Below, one piece after another: positions 40,315-52,019 of a stretch of 64,000 bases of DNA. Under the pieces are notes generated by a model. That model saw only the letters and a program-made list of their open reading frames with translations, made no database searches and was not told the origin of the DNA. The stretch spans positions 203,424,001 to 203,488,000 of the forward strand of contig NC_086100.1 of NCBI RefSeq assembly GCF_963921235.1, given 5' to 3'. Made by a program: the position numbers and the translations under genes. How positions within the stretch are numbered: position 1 is the stretch's first letter; every line of letters begins with the position of its first letter. The stretch is from Mobula hypostoma. Its lineage: Eukaryota.

Positions 40315-41105
40315 AGTCATAGTCATAGGCATTCTTTATTGATCCCGAGGGAAATTTGGTTTTGTTACAGTTGCACCAACCAAGAACAGAGTATAAAAAT
40401 AGTAATATAACCATAAATAATTAAATAATAATATGTAAATTATGCCAGGAAATAAGTCCAGGACCAGCCAAGGGAGGAGTTGTAAAGTTTGATGGCCACA
40501 GGCAGGAATGACTTCCTATGACGCTCTGTGCTGCATCTCGGTGGAATGAGTCTCTGACTGAATGTACTCCTGTTCCCACCCAGTACATTATGTAATGGAT
40601 GGGAGACATTGTCCAAGACGGCATGCAACTTGGACAGCATCCTCTTTTCAGACACCACCGTGAGAGAGTCCAGTTCCATCCCCACAACATCACTGGCGTT
40701 ACTAATGAGTTTGTTGATTCTGTTGGTGTCTGCTACCCTCAGCCTGCTGCCCCAGCACACAACAGCAAACATGATAGCACTGGCCACCACAGACTTGTAG
40801 AACATCCTCAGCATCATCCGACATGTTAAAGGACCTCAGCCTCCTCAGGAAATAGAGACGGCTCTGACCCTTCTTGTAGACAGCCTCAGTGTTCTTTGAC
40901 CAGTCCAGTTTATTGTCAATTTATATCCCCAGGTATTTGTAATCCTCCACCATGTCCACACTGACCCCCTGGATGGAAACAGGGGTCACCGGTACCTTAG
41001 CTCTTCTCAGGTCTATCACCAGCTCCATGTCTTTTTCACATTAAGCTGCAGATAATTCTATAATTCTGCTCACACCATGTGACAAAGTTTCCTACCGTAG
41101 CCCTG
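40315..41105 (-). mobile_element. Rex1/Babar 3' fragment (sister copy at 55300-56085)
   Basis: FYKSVVASAIMFAVVCWG...RHRKSFLPVAIKLYN. Confidence 0.88.
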
Positions 41106-41629
41106 TGCTATATTTAAGACAATGATCAGCTGTGATATTATTGAATGATGGAGCAGGCTTGACGGGCCAGATGTCTTACTCCTGCTCCTATTTCTTATGT
41201 TCTCACCACAGTCTAAAATCTTACCTGAAATATTCTCCTTCACCCATTGATGTCTTTTCCAAATATTTTTACAGGTTTGAAATGGCAGAACACTTGTGTA
41301 CAGGAATCTCAAACACAACAATACATCAGTTTTGTTGTCTTTGTCTGGATATTTAAGGAGCGGCCGAATATTTTCTTTGCAACACCAACACATCTGCTGT
41401 CGACCCTTGGAGATGAAGAAGTATCTCATCCCAGCTGGAAATGTATTTGTGTTTGAAATGAATTTTTCTGTTGTAACTCAGTGAAATCCACTGGAACCAG
41501 GAGCTGAGAACACACCAGCATTAATTCACTCGAGATCAGTTCTTAAACTGCATTGATTGTATAAGGGATTGAAACATCTGTCTTTCTGAATTGCCAGAGA
41601 ATTGATCGTAGTGAGATATCATTCTCCTT

Positions 41630-42031
41630 CTCTCAGTGTGGGAAGGGATTCACTCACAGGCTACCCACAGACACACCAGTGAGTTCACCGTGGGGGGAGG
41701 CCATTCACCCGCTCTGTGTGAGGGAGGGGAACCACTCAGTCATCCAGTCTGAAGATACATCAGCAAGTTCACAGCATAGTGAGGTGCTCCACCTGTTCTG
41801 ACTGCGGGAAGCCATTCATTATGTCGTCGATGCTAAAGGTAAATCTGAAAATTCACCAGTGAGAGAACGGTAACCTGCTGAGATGGTGGGAAGGCATTCA
41901 CACACTCAACCACACCACAGTGACACCAGCGAGTTCACACCGGGGAGAAGCCATTCACCTGCTTTGAATGTGGGAAAGGATTCACTTAATCATCTCAACT
42001 GAATGAACACCAGCGAGTCCACACTGGGGAG
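41630..42031 (+). pseudogene. Degenerate C2H2 fingers upstream of the intact array (probable 5' UTR)
   Basis: Repeats of tgtgggaagggattcact / caccagcgagttcacac with indels; in-frame TAA at 41987-41989. Confidence 0.75.
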
Positions 42032-43933
42032 ATGCCATTCACCTGCTCAGACTGTGGGAAGGGATTCACTCGCTCATCCAAACTACAGAGACACCAGCGA
42101 GTTCACACTGGGGAGAGGCCATTCACCTGTTCACACTGTGGGAAAGGATTCATTCAGCGTTCTCAGCTACTGATACACCAGCGAGTTCACACTGGGGAGA
42201 GGCCATTCAAATGCTCAGACTGTGGGAAGGGATTCAGTCAGTCATGCACACTCCAGAGACACCGGCGAGTTCACTCTGGGGAGAGGCCATTCACATGCTC
42301 AGACTGCGGAAAGGGATTCACTCTGTCAAATCAACTACTGACTCACCAGCTTGTTCACACTGGGGTGTGGCCATTCCAGTGCTCTGAATGTGGGAAGGGA
42401 TTCGCTCAGTCAGCTCAACTGAAAGAACATCAGTTCGTTCACACTGGGGAGAAGCCGTTCACTTGCTCAGACTGTGGGAAGGGATTCACTCACTCGTCCA
42501 CACTACAGAGACACCAGCGAGTTCACGCTGGGGAGAGGCCATTCACATGCTCTGAATGTGGGAAAGGATTCGCGGGGTCATCTCAACTGAAGCAACATCA
42601 GCGAGTTCACACTGGGGAGAGGCCATTCACCTGCTCAGACTGTGGGAAGGAATTCACTCGGTCAAGTCACCTACTGACTCACCAGTTTGTTCACACTGGG
42701 GAGTGGCCATTCCGCTGCTCTGAATGTGGGAAGGGATTCACTCGCCCATCCACACTACAGAGACACCAGCGAGTTCACACTGGGGAGAGGCCATTCACCT
42801 GCTCAGACTGTGGGAAGGGATTCGTTCAGCATTCTCACCTGCAGACACACAAGTTAGTTCACACTGGGGAGAGGCCTTTCACATGCCCTGAATGTGGGAA
42901 GAGATTCATTCAGCGTTCTCACCTACTGACACACAAGTTAGTTCACACTGGGCCGCTGCCATGCACATGCTCAGACTGTGGGAAGGGATTCACCCATTCA
43001 GCTCAACTGAGGGAGCATCAGCGAATTCATACTGGGGAGAAGCTGTTCACTTGCTCTGAATGTGGGAAGGTATTTGCTCGGTCATCTCAACTGAAGTTAC
43101 ATCAGCGAATTCACACTGCAGAGAGGCTGTTCAGCTGCTCTGAATGTGGGAAAGGATTCACTCATTCATCTCAGCTCTTAAGACACCAGCAAATTCACAC
43201 TGGAGTGAAACCATTCATCTGCTCAGAATGCGGGAAAGGATTCACCTATTCAACTCAGCTGAAAGAACATCAGTTTGTTCACACTGCGGAGAGGCCGTTC
43301 ACCTGCTCAGACTGTGGGAAAGGATTCATTCGGCGTTCTCGACTACTGACACACCAGTTGGTTCACACCGGGGAGAAACCATTCATCTGCTCAGAATGTG
43401 GGAAGGGATTCACCCATTCAGCTCAACTGAAGGAACATCAGCGACTTCACACTGGGGAATGGCCATTCACCTGCTCTGAATGTGGGAAGGGATTCACTCG
43501 GTCATCTCGACTGAAGGTGCATCAGCGAGTTCACACTGGGGAGAGGCCGTTCATCTGCTCTGAATGTGGTAAGGGATTCACTGGGTCATTTCATCTGCAG
43601 GTACATCAGCAACTTCATACTGGGGAAAGGCCATTCGTATGCTCTGATTGTGGGAAGGGCTTCACTCAGTCATTTCAACTGAAGATACATCAGCGAGTTC
43701 ACACTGGGGAGCTGCCATTCACATGCTCTGAATGTGGGAAGGGATTCACTCAGTCAACCAGACTTGTGAGGCACTACCGAATTCACACTGGGGAGAAACT
43801 GTTCACCTGCTCAGATTGTGGGAAGGAATTCACTCAGTCATCTGACTTTAAAGAACATCAGAGAATTCACACTGGGGGATGCCACTCACCTGTTCTGAGT
43901 GTGGGAAAGGATTCACTCAGACATCTCAGTTAA
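42032..43933 (+). CDS. Tandem C2H2 zinc-finger protein, 22 fingers
   Basis: 633-aa ORF with 22 CxxC-x12-HxxxH units joined by TGERPF-type linkers; no KRAB/SCAN/BTB domain visible. Confidence 0.93.
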   Translation: MPFTCSDCGKGFTRSSKLQRHQRVHTGERPFTCSHCGKGFIQRSQLLIHQRVHTGERPFKCSDCGKGFSQSCTLQRHRRVHSGERPFTCSDCGKGFTLSNQLLTHQLVHTGVWPFQCSECGKGFAQSAQLKEHQFVHTGEKPFTCSDCGKGFTHSSTLQRHQRVHAGERPFTCSECGKGFAGSSQLKQHQRVHTGERPFTCSDCGKEFTRSSHLLTHQFVHTGEWPFRCSECGKGFTRPSTLQRHQRVHTGERPFTCSDCGKGFVQHSHLQTHKLVHTGERPFTCPECGKRFIQRSHLLTHKLVHTGPLPCTCSDCGKGFTHSAQLREHQRIHTGEKLFTCSECGKVFARSSQLKLHQRIHTAERLFSCSECGKGFTHSSQLLRHQQIHTGVKPFICSECGKGFTYSTQLKEHQFVHTAERPFTCSDCGKGFIRRSRLLTHQLVHTGEKPFICSECGKGFTHSAQLKEHQRLHTGEWPFTCSECGKGFTRSSRLKVHQRVHTGERPFICSECGKGFTGSFHLQVHQQLHTGERPFVCSDCGKGFTQSFQLKIHQRVHTGELPFTCSECGKGFTQSTRLVRHYRIHTGEKLFTCSDCGKEFTQSSDFKEHQRIHTGGCHSPVLSVGKDSLRHLS

Positions 43934-45816
43934 GACTATAAGATATTGGAGCAGAAGTAGGCCGTTTGGCCTTTCGAGTCTGCTCTGCCATTCAGTCATG
44001 GGCTGATCCAATTCTTCCAGTCATCCCCACTCCCTTGCCTTCTCCCCATTTGATGCCCTGGCTAATCAGGAACCCATCTCTCTCTGCCTTAAATGCACCC
44101 AATGACGTGGCCTCCACAGTTGACTGTGGCAAAAATGTCCAAAGATTTACCACACTCTAAAGTAATTTCTCCACATCTCTGTTCTAAATGGACATCCTTC
44201 CATCAAGATGTGGCCTCTTGTCCAAGACTCCCTTACCATGGGAAATAACTTTGCCATATCGAATCTGTTCAGGCCTTTTAACATTCAGAATGTTTCAGTG
44301 AGATGCCCCTCATTCTCCTGAACTCCAGGGAATACAGCCCAAGAGCTGCCAGACATTCCTCAAACAGTAACCTTTTCATTCCTGGAATAATTCTTGTGAA
44401 TCTTCCCTGAGGCCTCTCCAATGTCAATATATTTTCTAAAATAAAGAGCCTAAAACACACAATATTCCAAGTGTGGTCTCACGAGTGCCTTATAGAGCCT
44501 CAGCATCACATTCCTGTTCTTATATTCTATACCTCTGGAAGTGAATGCCAACATTGCATTTGTCTTCTTCACCACCAACTCAACCTGGAAGATAACCTTT
44601 AGGGTATCGTGCACAAGGACTCCCAATTTCCTTTGTATCTCTGCATTTTGAATTCTCTCCCAATTTAAATAATCGTCTGCCCGTTTATTTCTTCCTCCAA
44701 AGTGCATGACCATACACTTTACAACATTGTATTTTATTGGCTACTTCTGTACCTATTCCCCGAAACTATCTCAGTCTCTCTGCAGGCTCTCTGTTTCCTC
44801 AGCACTACCCGCTCCTCCACCTATCTTTGTATCATCAGCAGGTTTCACCACAAATCCATTAATCTCATAGTCCAAATCATTGACGTACATCGTAAAAAGC
44901 AGTGGTCCAAACACCGACCACTGGAACTCCAGTGGTAACCAGCAGCCAGACAGAATAGGATCCCATTGTTCCCACTCTCTGTTTTCTGTTGATCGGCCAA
45001 TGCTTCACCCATGCCAGTAACTTCCCTGTACCATGGGCTCTTATCATGCTAAGCAGCCTCATGTGCAGCACATTGTCAAAGGCCCAATGAAAATCCAAGT
45101 ACACCACATTGACTGCATCTCCTTTGTCTACCCTGCTTGTAATTTCTTCTAAGAATTGCAGTAGGTTTGTCAGGCAGGATTTTACTTTTAGGAAACCATG
45201 CTGGCTTTGGCCTATCTTGTCATGTGCCTCCCAGTACGCCATAATCGCATCCCTAACAATCGATTCCAACAACTTCCCAACCACTGATGTCAGGTTAACA
45301 GCTCTATAGTTTCCCTTCTGCTGCCTCCCACCGTTCTCAAATAGTGGAGTAACATTTGCAATTTTCCAGTCATCCGGTACAATGTCAGAATCTATCAATT
45401 CTTGAAAGATCGTTGGTAGATTGCCTTCACAATCTCTCCAGCTATTTCCTTCAGGACCTGAGAGTGCATTCCATCAGGTCCAGGAGATTTATCCACCCTC
45501 AGACCGTTAAGCTTCCTGAGCACCTTCTCAAGTCGTAATTTTCACTACACATACTTCACTTCCCTGATACTTTTGAATGTCCAATATACTGCAGATGTCT
45601 TCCACTGTCAATACTGATGCAAAATACGTATTCAGTTCCTCTGCCATCTCTGTGTCTCCCATTACAATATCTCTTGTGTCATTTTCTATTGGTAGTATAT
45701 CTATCCTGAACTCTCTTTTACCTTTTATATAACTTAGAAAAATGTTTTTAGTATCTTCTTTGATATTAGTCGCCTGCTTCCTTTCATAATTCATCTTGTC
45801 CTTCCTAATGACCTTC

Positions 45817-46315
45817 TGTATCCAGAGAGCAGTGCCTGTCACGGCTCAGCACTGCCCTCTACCTGGTCGGAAGGCACAGCACATGCCAGTCAACATTTCA
45901 CCCCTCCCAACCAATCAATGCACACGTAACCATTGGCCACCTTAATTGGATTACCCCACCTAGCACCAAGCCTTTGGCCCCCCCCGGTGAATCACTTGTG
46001 CTGGACCTTCCAGCCCCCTGACCTACAAAGGGTGCTACATGTGCTTGGCTCGCTCTCTTTTTTGCCATCCTCGAGGGACCTCCCTGCTTCACTCTAGGCT
46101 GAAGACTGTAGAACAGCGCTGGAAACACGTGGTGAGCTGTGCATTGAATAGTGTTTGGGAGCGTTTATTGTTGTACCTGTAGCAGAGAGCCATGCCTGCC
46201 CATAGTTAAGGGGTGGCAGGTAGAGTAGATACTTTTCCCTTGCTTGTATATGTACCTGTACCCTGTAATCCTTGCCTTTGAGACCCAAAGAATCTGTCTC
46301 ATTTGCGTCACAACA
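45817..46315 (+). repeat. 5' LTR (499 bp)
   Basis: TGTATCCAGAGAGC...TCACAACA; aligns by eye to 47682-48331 but lacks about 150 bp. Confidence 0.9.
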
Positions 46316-46317
46316 TT

Positions 46318-46335
46318 TGGCACTGTGAGCAGGGT
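46318..46335 (+). other. Primer binding site, tRNA-Ser-like
   Basis: TGGCACTGTGAGCAGGGT two nt after the LTR; close to the complement of the vertebrate tRNA-Ser(CGA) 3' end (TGGCGCTGTGAGCAGGAT, recalled from memory). Confidence 0.8.
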
Positions 46336-46870
46336 GTCAGGGTGCGAATCTTTAGTGGGTCCGGCTGCCAGCCAGACCGACGGGCTGCCCGCGACTGCTG
46401 CAGTTATATGAGCCTGCAGGCGACCTCAGTTCCCCTGAGCTGGAGCCCCTTGGCTGGGGTCGGGGCAGCTTGTGCTGCCTCCTGCAACGTGCAGCAGTGC
46501 TACCCGGAGCTCTTCTAGCTCCTTGTCCTTCTGACCACATAAGTGCTGAATGTGGTCGGTAATCCTGACCTGGCGTCTCAGCAGGAACGCAAACAACCAA
46601 AAGGCACCCCTTTGACTCCCTTTAGCTTTGGGGAACCCTGATTCCTTAAGGAGGGAGACCACGTGGTGGCCAGGCTTCTCGCCATGGGGGTCTAACTGCT
46701 CAGACCAGTCCGCTGTTTTCCCGTGGTTTGCCAGCATGCTGGCCAGACTCTCAAATCCCTCCCTTTGACTAGTCCACCCGGGGATCTTATTCTGGGTGCC
46801 TGCACTGGCATTCTTCCCCTTGTTCCAGAACATTCTCCCCGGTGCTCTGTGTCCAGCCAAGACCTATGAG
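46336..46870 (-). pseudogene. gag N-terminal remnant, inverted relative to the provirus
   Basis: ATG at 46833: MFWNKGK...IPGW...GAFWLFAFLLRR...KDKELEELRVALL, then in a shifted frame VACRLI*LQ...DPLKIRTL, resembling ERV-L/S gag (RVADLQ...KVRALIG). Confidence 0.6.
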
Positions 46871-47059
46871 ACCCTGTTGGGTGTCCCCAGTGTCCCGCCA
46901 TCTGGCACGCTCCCCACCTCCCGACTGGGAAACCACCAAACCTCCCGAGACCGAGGACTCGAGTGGAGTATGGATAAGACAGCCACAGGGTCCCCCCAAG
47001 AAGGGAAAAATTGTACAGGGGACACCCGCTGGGTCGCCATTCAGGGTAACTCCAATTTG

Positions 47060-47621
47060 ACCTGTATACATACCCGGCATACAGCGGCCGCCGGGACAAG
47101 AGGGCCATTACAGAGGCGGAGAAGCTCTGGATGATAGGCTTTCTCAGTTATGGATTGTCCCGGGAGGTGATCCAGATGACCAGTGTGCTGGAGAATGGCC
47201 AACGAGACGGCAGTGGCAGTGCAACACACTGAGGATGCTCTCACCCGAACGGCGGCAGAACTGACAGCTGTCAGGATGGTCGCCCTGCAGAACCGAATGG
47301 CCCTGGACTACCTACTCACTGCTGATGGTGGAACGTGTGCAGTGATTGGTAAGGAATGCTGTACCTGTATCCCTGATGAGTCTAGCAACATCACCCACTT
47401 GGCTGCTCACTTTCGGGACTCGGTGGCTAAAATTCAAAAATCAAAAGACCAGCTCCTCCAGCAGAACACCTCGTGGGGCAATTGGTGGCCGTTTGGGTCC
47501 CTGGGCAACTGTCATCCACTGGTCCATCGCACTCATTCTTGTCATCATCGCTATTTTATACTATGTTGTGCATGCCAAATTATTTAGCTGCTTAGAAATG
47601 GTTACTTCTAGTGTATGTTGA
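47060..47621 (+). pseudogene. Retroviral env remnant (furin site + TM subunit)
   Basis: RDKR (47092-47103), fusion peptide AITEAEKLWMIGFLSYGL, heptad repeat, ISD LQNRMALDYLL (from 47285), CX6CC CAVIGKECC, hydrophobic WSIALILVIIAILY in a shifted frame; at least two frameshifts. Confidence 0.9.
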
Positions 47622-47681
47622 TATTGTTTTCACTCTGCCTTATGTGTCCTGGCTGTGTGGTGTGTCTTCCGAGGGGTGGAG

Positions 47682-48331
47682 TGTCTCCAGAGAGCCGTGC
47701 CTGTCACGGCTCAGCACTGCCCTCTACCTGGTCGGAAGGCACACCACATGCCAGTCAACATTTCACCCCTCCCAACCAATCAATGCACGCTTAACCATTG
47801 GCCATCTTAATTGGATTAACCCGTCTAGCACCAAGCCGTTGGCCCCCTGTTGAATCACCAGGGCTGGACTGTCCAGCCCCCTGACCTATAAGGGGTGCTA
47901 CATATGCTTGGCTCACTCTCTTTATTGCCATCCTCGAGGGACCACCCTGCTTCACTCCAGGCTGAAGACTGCAGAACAGCACTGGAGACCCGTGGTGAGC
48001 TGTGCATTGAATAGTGTGTGGGAGAGTTTATTGTTCCTGTAGCAGAGAGCCATGCCTGCCCATAGTCAAGGGATGGCAGGTAGCGTAGTTACTTTTCCCT
48101 TGCTGGTATATGTACCTGTACTCTGTCCCCACACCGTTTTCCCGTGTATTGTACTGGGAAATAGACTTTTCCCAGGCTGGTCTATTCTAAGCACGTTTAT
48201 GCGAATATTGTAGCCGATGTATTGTCGCCAAGCTCTTCTCCCCTTGTAAATAAACTCCTTATTGTTAAAACTGTGTGTCCAGAATCCTTGCCTTTGAGAC
48301 CCAAAGAATCTGCCTCATTTCCATCACAACA
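47682..48331 (+). repeat. 3' LTR (650 bp)
   Basis: TGTCTCCAGAGAGC...TCACAACA; TATAA near 47887, AATAAA near 48249. Confidence 0.9.
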
Positions 48332-49310
48332 CCTCATTAGTTTCCTTCTGCAAGTTTTTAAAAGCTTCCCAATCTATCTTCCCACTAGCTTTGGCTTCCT
48401 TGCATGCTCTCTCTTTTGATTTTACTTTGGCTCTGACTTCACTTGTCAGCCACGTTAGTGTCCTTCTTCCTTTCGACAGTTCCTTCTAGTTTAGAATATA
48501 TCTGTCCTGCACTTCCCTCATTTTTTACAGAAAGTACAGCCATTGCTGCTGTGCTGTCTTTCCTGCTAGTGTCCCTTTCCAGTCAACTTTGGACAGTTCC
48601 CCTCTCGTGCCATTATAAATTCCTTTATTCCACTGAAATACCAACACGTTGGAATTTAGTTTCTCATCCTCAAATCATATTGTGATCACTGTTCCCTAAG
48701 GATTTCTTAACCTTAAGCTCGCTTATCACCTCTGGATCATTGCACAACACCCAATTCAGCACAGCTGATCCCCTGGTGGGCTCAACAACAAGCTGTTCTA
48801 AAAAGATATCCCTTAGAGATTTTACAAACACTCTGTCTTGAGGTCCAGTACTGACCTGGTTTTCCTAATCCACTTTCATGTTAAGATCCCCAACGATTAT
48901 CATGACATCAGCCTTCTGACTCGCCTTTTCTGTCCCCTGCGGTAATTTGTAATCCATATCCCGGCGGCTGTTTGGAGGCCTGTATAGAACTGCCATTAGG
49001 GTCTTTTTTACCCTTGCCATTTCTGACTTCTATTCATAGAGACTCTACACCTTCCAATCCTATGTCATTCCTTTCTAATGATTTAATATTATTTCTTATA
49101 CACAGGGCAACACCACCCCCTCTGCCACATTACCTATCCATCTAAAGCACTGTATATCCTTGAATATTCAGCTCCCAGTGGCAGCCATCCTTTAGCCAAG
49201 TTTCAGAGGTCGCCACAACGTCATACTTGCCAATCTGTAGCTGAATGTCAAGATAATCCATTTTATTTCTTATGCTGCATGCATTCAAATATATCACTTT
49301 CAGTCCAGTA

Positions 49311-49640
49311 TTGAATGAACATCAGCGAGTAAGCACTGGGGAGAAACTGTTCAACTGCTCAGACTGTGGAAAGGAATTCACTCAGTCAACTGAATAAACA
49401 TCACGAGTTTGTACTAAGTAGAAACCCTGTTCTTCTGTTCGGACTGGGAATGAATTCACACTTACATCTCGCCTGCCTACACACCAGACTGTTTTCAGCA
49501 GTGAGAGGATGTTGATCTGCTCAGACTGTGAGAAGGCATTCACACACTTATCTACGCTGCAGAGACAGTGCTGTGTTCACAATGTGGTGAGGGAGGTGAC
49601 ATGCTATGAACGTGGGATAGATTTCAGTCATTCAACCTGT
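49311..49640 (+). pseudogene. Detached degenerate tail of the zinc-finger array
   Basis: gaatgaacatcagcgagt...actggggagaaactgttcaactgctcagactgtggaaag continues the finger broken at 43931 (TSQL|NEHQR). Confidence 0.8.
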
Positions 49641-49899
49641 ATCGCCCCATTGAGCTTTGACCCATCGCTAATCGTAGAGATCAGAAGCTTGAGAGGACGT
49701 AATTCACTCAGGTTCGCCAAACGAATATTAACAGCAGTGGCTCAGGGCAGGTTATTTTTGAGATTTCAGCAGTGGCCAATCGGCATTGAGGATTGACTAT
49801 CAAGAAGATATCAATGCTAGGCAGGAGCAAGTGGAGCGGCCAGTGTCCGAATGGACAGAGTTGGAGTGGAGACTTCGAGGTTTCAGTGAGGAGAGCCTT

Positions 49900-50740
49900 C
49901 AATGAGCGAAGGCAAAATTATGCTGGAGGTGGAATTTTTTTGCCCCTTTCTTTACATTTGCTCAGTTAGAACAGTAGAGATGCCAGGCAGGAGAGTGGAA
50001 AGCTCCTCTTGCAGGATGTGGAAAGTCAGGGGCCCCTCCTCTGTCCCTGATAACTGCAGCTGTGAGAAATGCATCCAGCAGCAGCTCTGAACAATCCACA
50101 TTAAGGAGTTGGAGCTGGGACCTGATGAACTCCAGATTATTCTGGAATCTGAAGGGGTGACAGGTAGGACATACAGAGAGGTAGTTGCACCCAGGGTGCA
50201 CAGTACAGGAAACTGGGTGACAGGTAGGGTAAAGGAGGAATCAGCGAGTGCTGTGTAGCCCTCTGTCCATCTCCCTGAACAACACATATCTCACTTGCGA
50301 CACTCTTGGGGATGGTGGGATGACCTAGCAAAGGAAAGGCACAGCACTACGGTCTCTGGTGCTTAGTCTGGCTCTGTGACTGAGAACAGAAGGGTGGAGA
50401 AGAGGTGAGCTGTGGTCGTGGAACTGACTGAATGTTCTGTGAGTGAGAATGAGGTTCAAGGATGGTATGTTGCCTGGGACATCTTGGATCGAATGCTCAG
50501 TTTTCCTAAGGAGGGTGATCAATGAAGGTCGTGATCCATGTGGGTGACAGTGATATGGGCTGGAAGAGTAACGAGGTTCTGCAACGGGAGTTCAGGGAGT
50601 GAGGTGCTTAGTTAAAAAGCAGCTCATCCAGGCCTATGACCTCAGGTCTGTCATCTGTGCCACGTACCTGGAATAGGAAGAATATGCAGTTTAAGGAGTT
50701 GGTGCAGGATGGAGGGCATTAGACTTTTTGGATCATTTGA
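49900..50740 (+). mobile_element. Degenerate CR1 ORF1 (Cys-rich + esterase remnants)
   Basis: VESSSCRMW...PDNCSCEKCIQQQL, then decayed esterase-like sequence. Confidence 0.7.
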
Positions 50741-52019
50741 GCCTGCAAGGATGTTGTGTGTACAAGAGTGTGAATGCGTTGGGGAAGTGGGAACATCATT
50801 AATGGAGGGTGAAGTAGGCTGTCAGGTCTCTGTCTCTCTCACACACACAAACACATGCAGCGGAGTGTGAGGGAGGGGAATGAGAAGGGTGGAGTTAGGT
50901 CTCCTTCACAAAGTCCCAGACTCACCCATCCCTCCCCGTCTGCAAATGGTCCAATTCCCTACCCCAGGCTGGGGGTGAGAGTTGAGTTGCCTTGCCAGCA
51001 AGAAAATGAATTGTTGGATAGCATCTGGTTAACACACTTCGATAATACATTTATATTGAACTTGAATATTGAAATGTATTGTTTGAGAAACATGTACTGA
51101 TGAGAGATGGTCTCAGTGAATGTCTGAGAGTGGAAAATGAACCGGTGTTCAGCCCCACTGCTCCGTGCCAGACAAGAACCCCTGTCTGAGTCTATCCCAT
51201 CTGTCTGTGCTTGACACATCTCACTCTAAAGTTTCTTCTTTCTGTACCTGCCACAGTGTCTTTTATTTTCCTTCTCAACCCCATCCTCCTGCCTTCTCAT
51301 CACCTTTGAAGCCTTTACTCATCAAGCACTGCTCAATCTCTGTTTTAAATAAACCTGATGACTTGGCCTCCAGCCGTCCATGGCAGTGAATTTCACAGTT
51401 CCTCATCTCTCTAAATGCATGCTCTCTTGGATTAGATATTTTGACATGGAAGGTTAAAAAATGGCAACTGCCTACTCTCTCTCTATATCTCTCGAAATCT
51501 GATCAAGCTCCATCAGGTCACCCTGAGCCTCCTCCACTCCAGAGAAAACAGCCCGAGTTTGTCTGAGCTCTCCTCACACAGTAGCTCGTGCCTCTAATCC
51601 ACACAACATCCTGGTGAACCTGTTCATTGCTGCCACAGAGGCCAGCGGTGTGTCGGGCTTTGAGTAAATGGTGGGTTGTTGATTAATAAGGTTGTCAAAG
51701 GTGACCGGTAGAAGGCAACAGTGTGGAATTTAGAGGGTGAATCAAATAGCCGTGATCGAATGTTGGAGAGGACTCAATGGATGGAATGGGCATTTCAGTT
51801 CCTACGACGAGCGGGATAGCGGTGAGATGGCGAAGCGATGCGAAGGAAGCTGTGGGTGCCCAGGTAGGAGATGGTGTTCAGCTCCTTTTCACTCTGTCTT
51901 CCAACTAACAACAATTAACTCAGAGTGGACCAATCACAAGTGCTTTTATGTTTACTTGCAGATGGGACGATTAGCAGTGCACAAGAACTGGTAATAGCTT
52001 TGTCCAAAAAAAAACAACA

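Larger units (their letters stand above)
45817..48331 (+). mobile_element. Internally deleted endogenous retrovirus (LTR-PBS-gag/pol/env remnants-PPT-LTR)
   Basis: Direct repeats 45817-46315 and 47682-48331, both TG...CA; PBS 46318-46335; PPT GAGGGGTGGAG 47671-47681; env ISD; the flanking CR1 is collinear across the insertion. Confidence 0.93.
43932..49310 (-). mobile_element. CR1 inserted in the ZF array tail, itself split by the ERV
   Basis: CR1 3' UTR at 43932, RT 44450-45398, tether to 45816, APE region 48332-49310. Confidence 0.9.

Noticed and set aside
47183..47621. Domesticated env (syncytin-like gene)
   Set aside because: Signal peptide and nearly all of SU are deleted, and the TM has frameshifts; it is a remnant.
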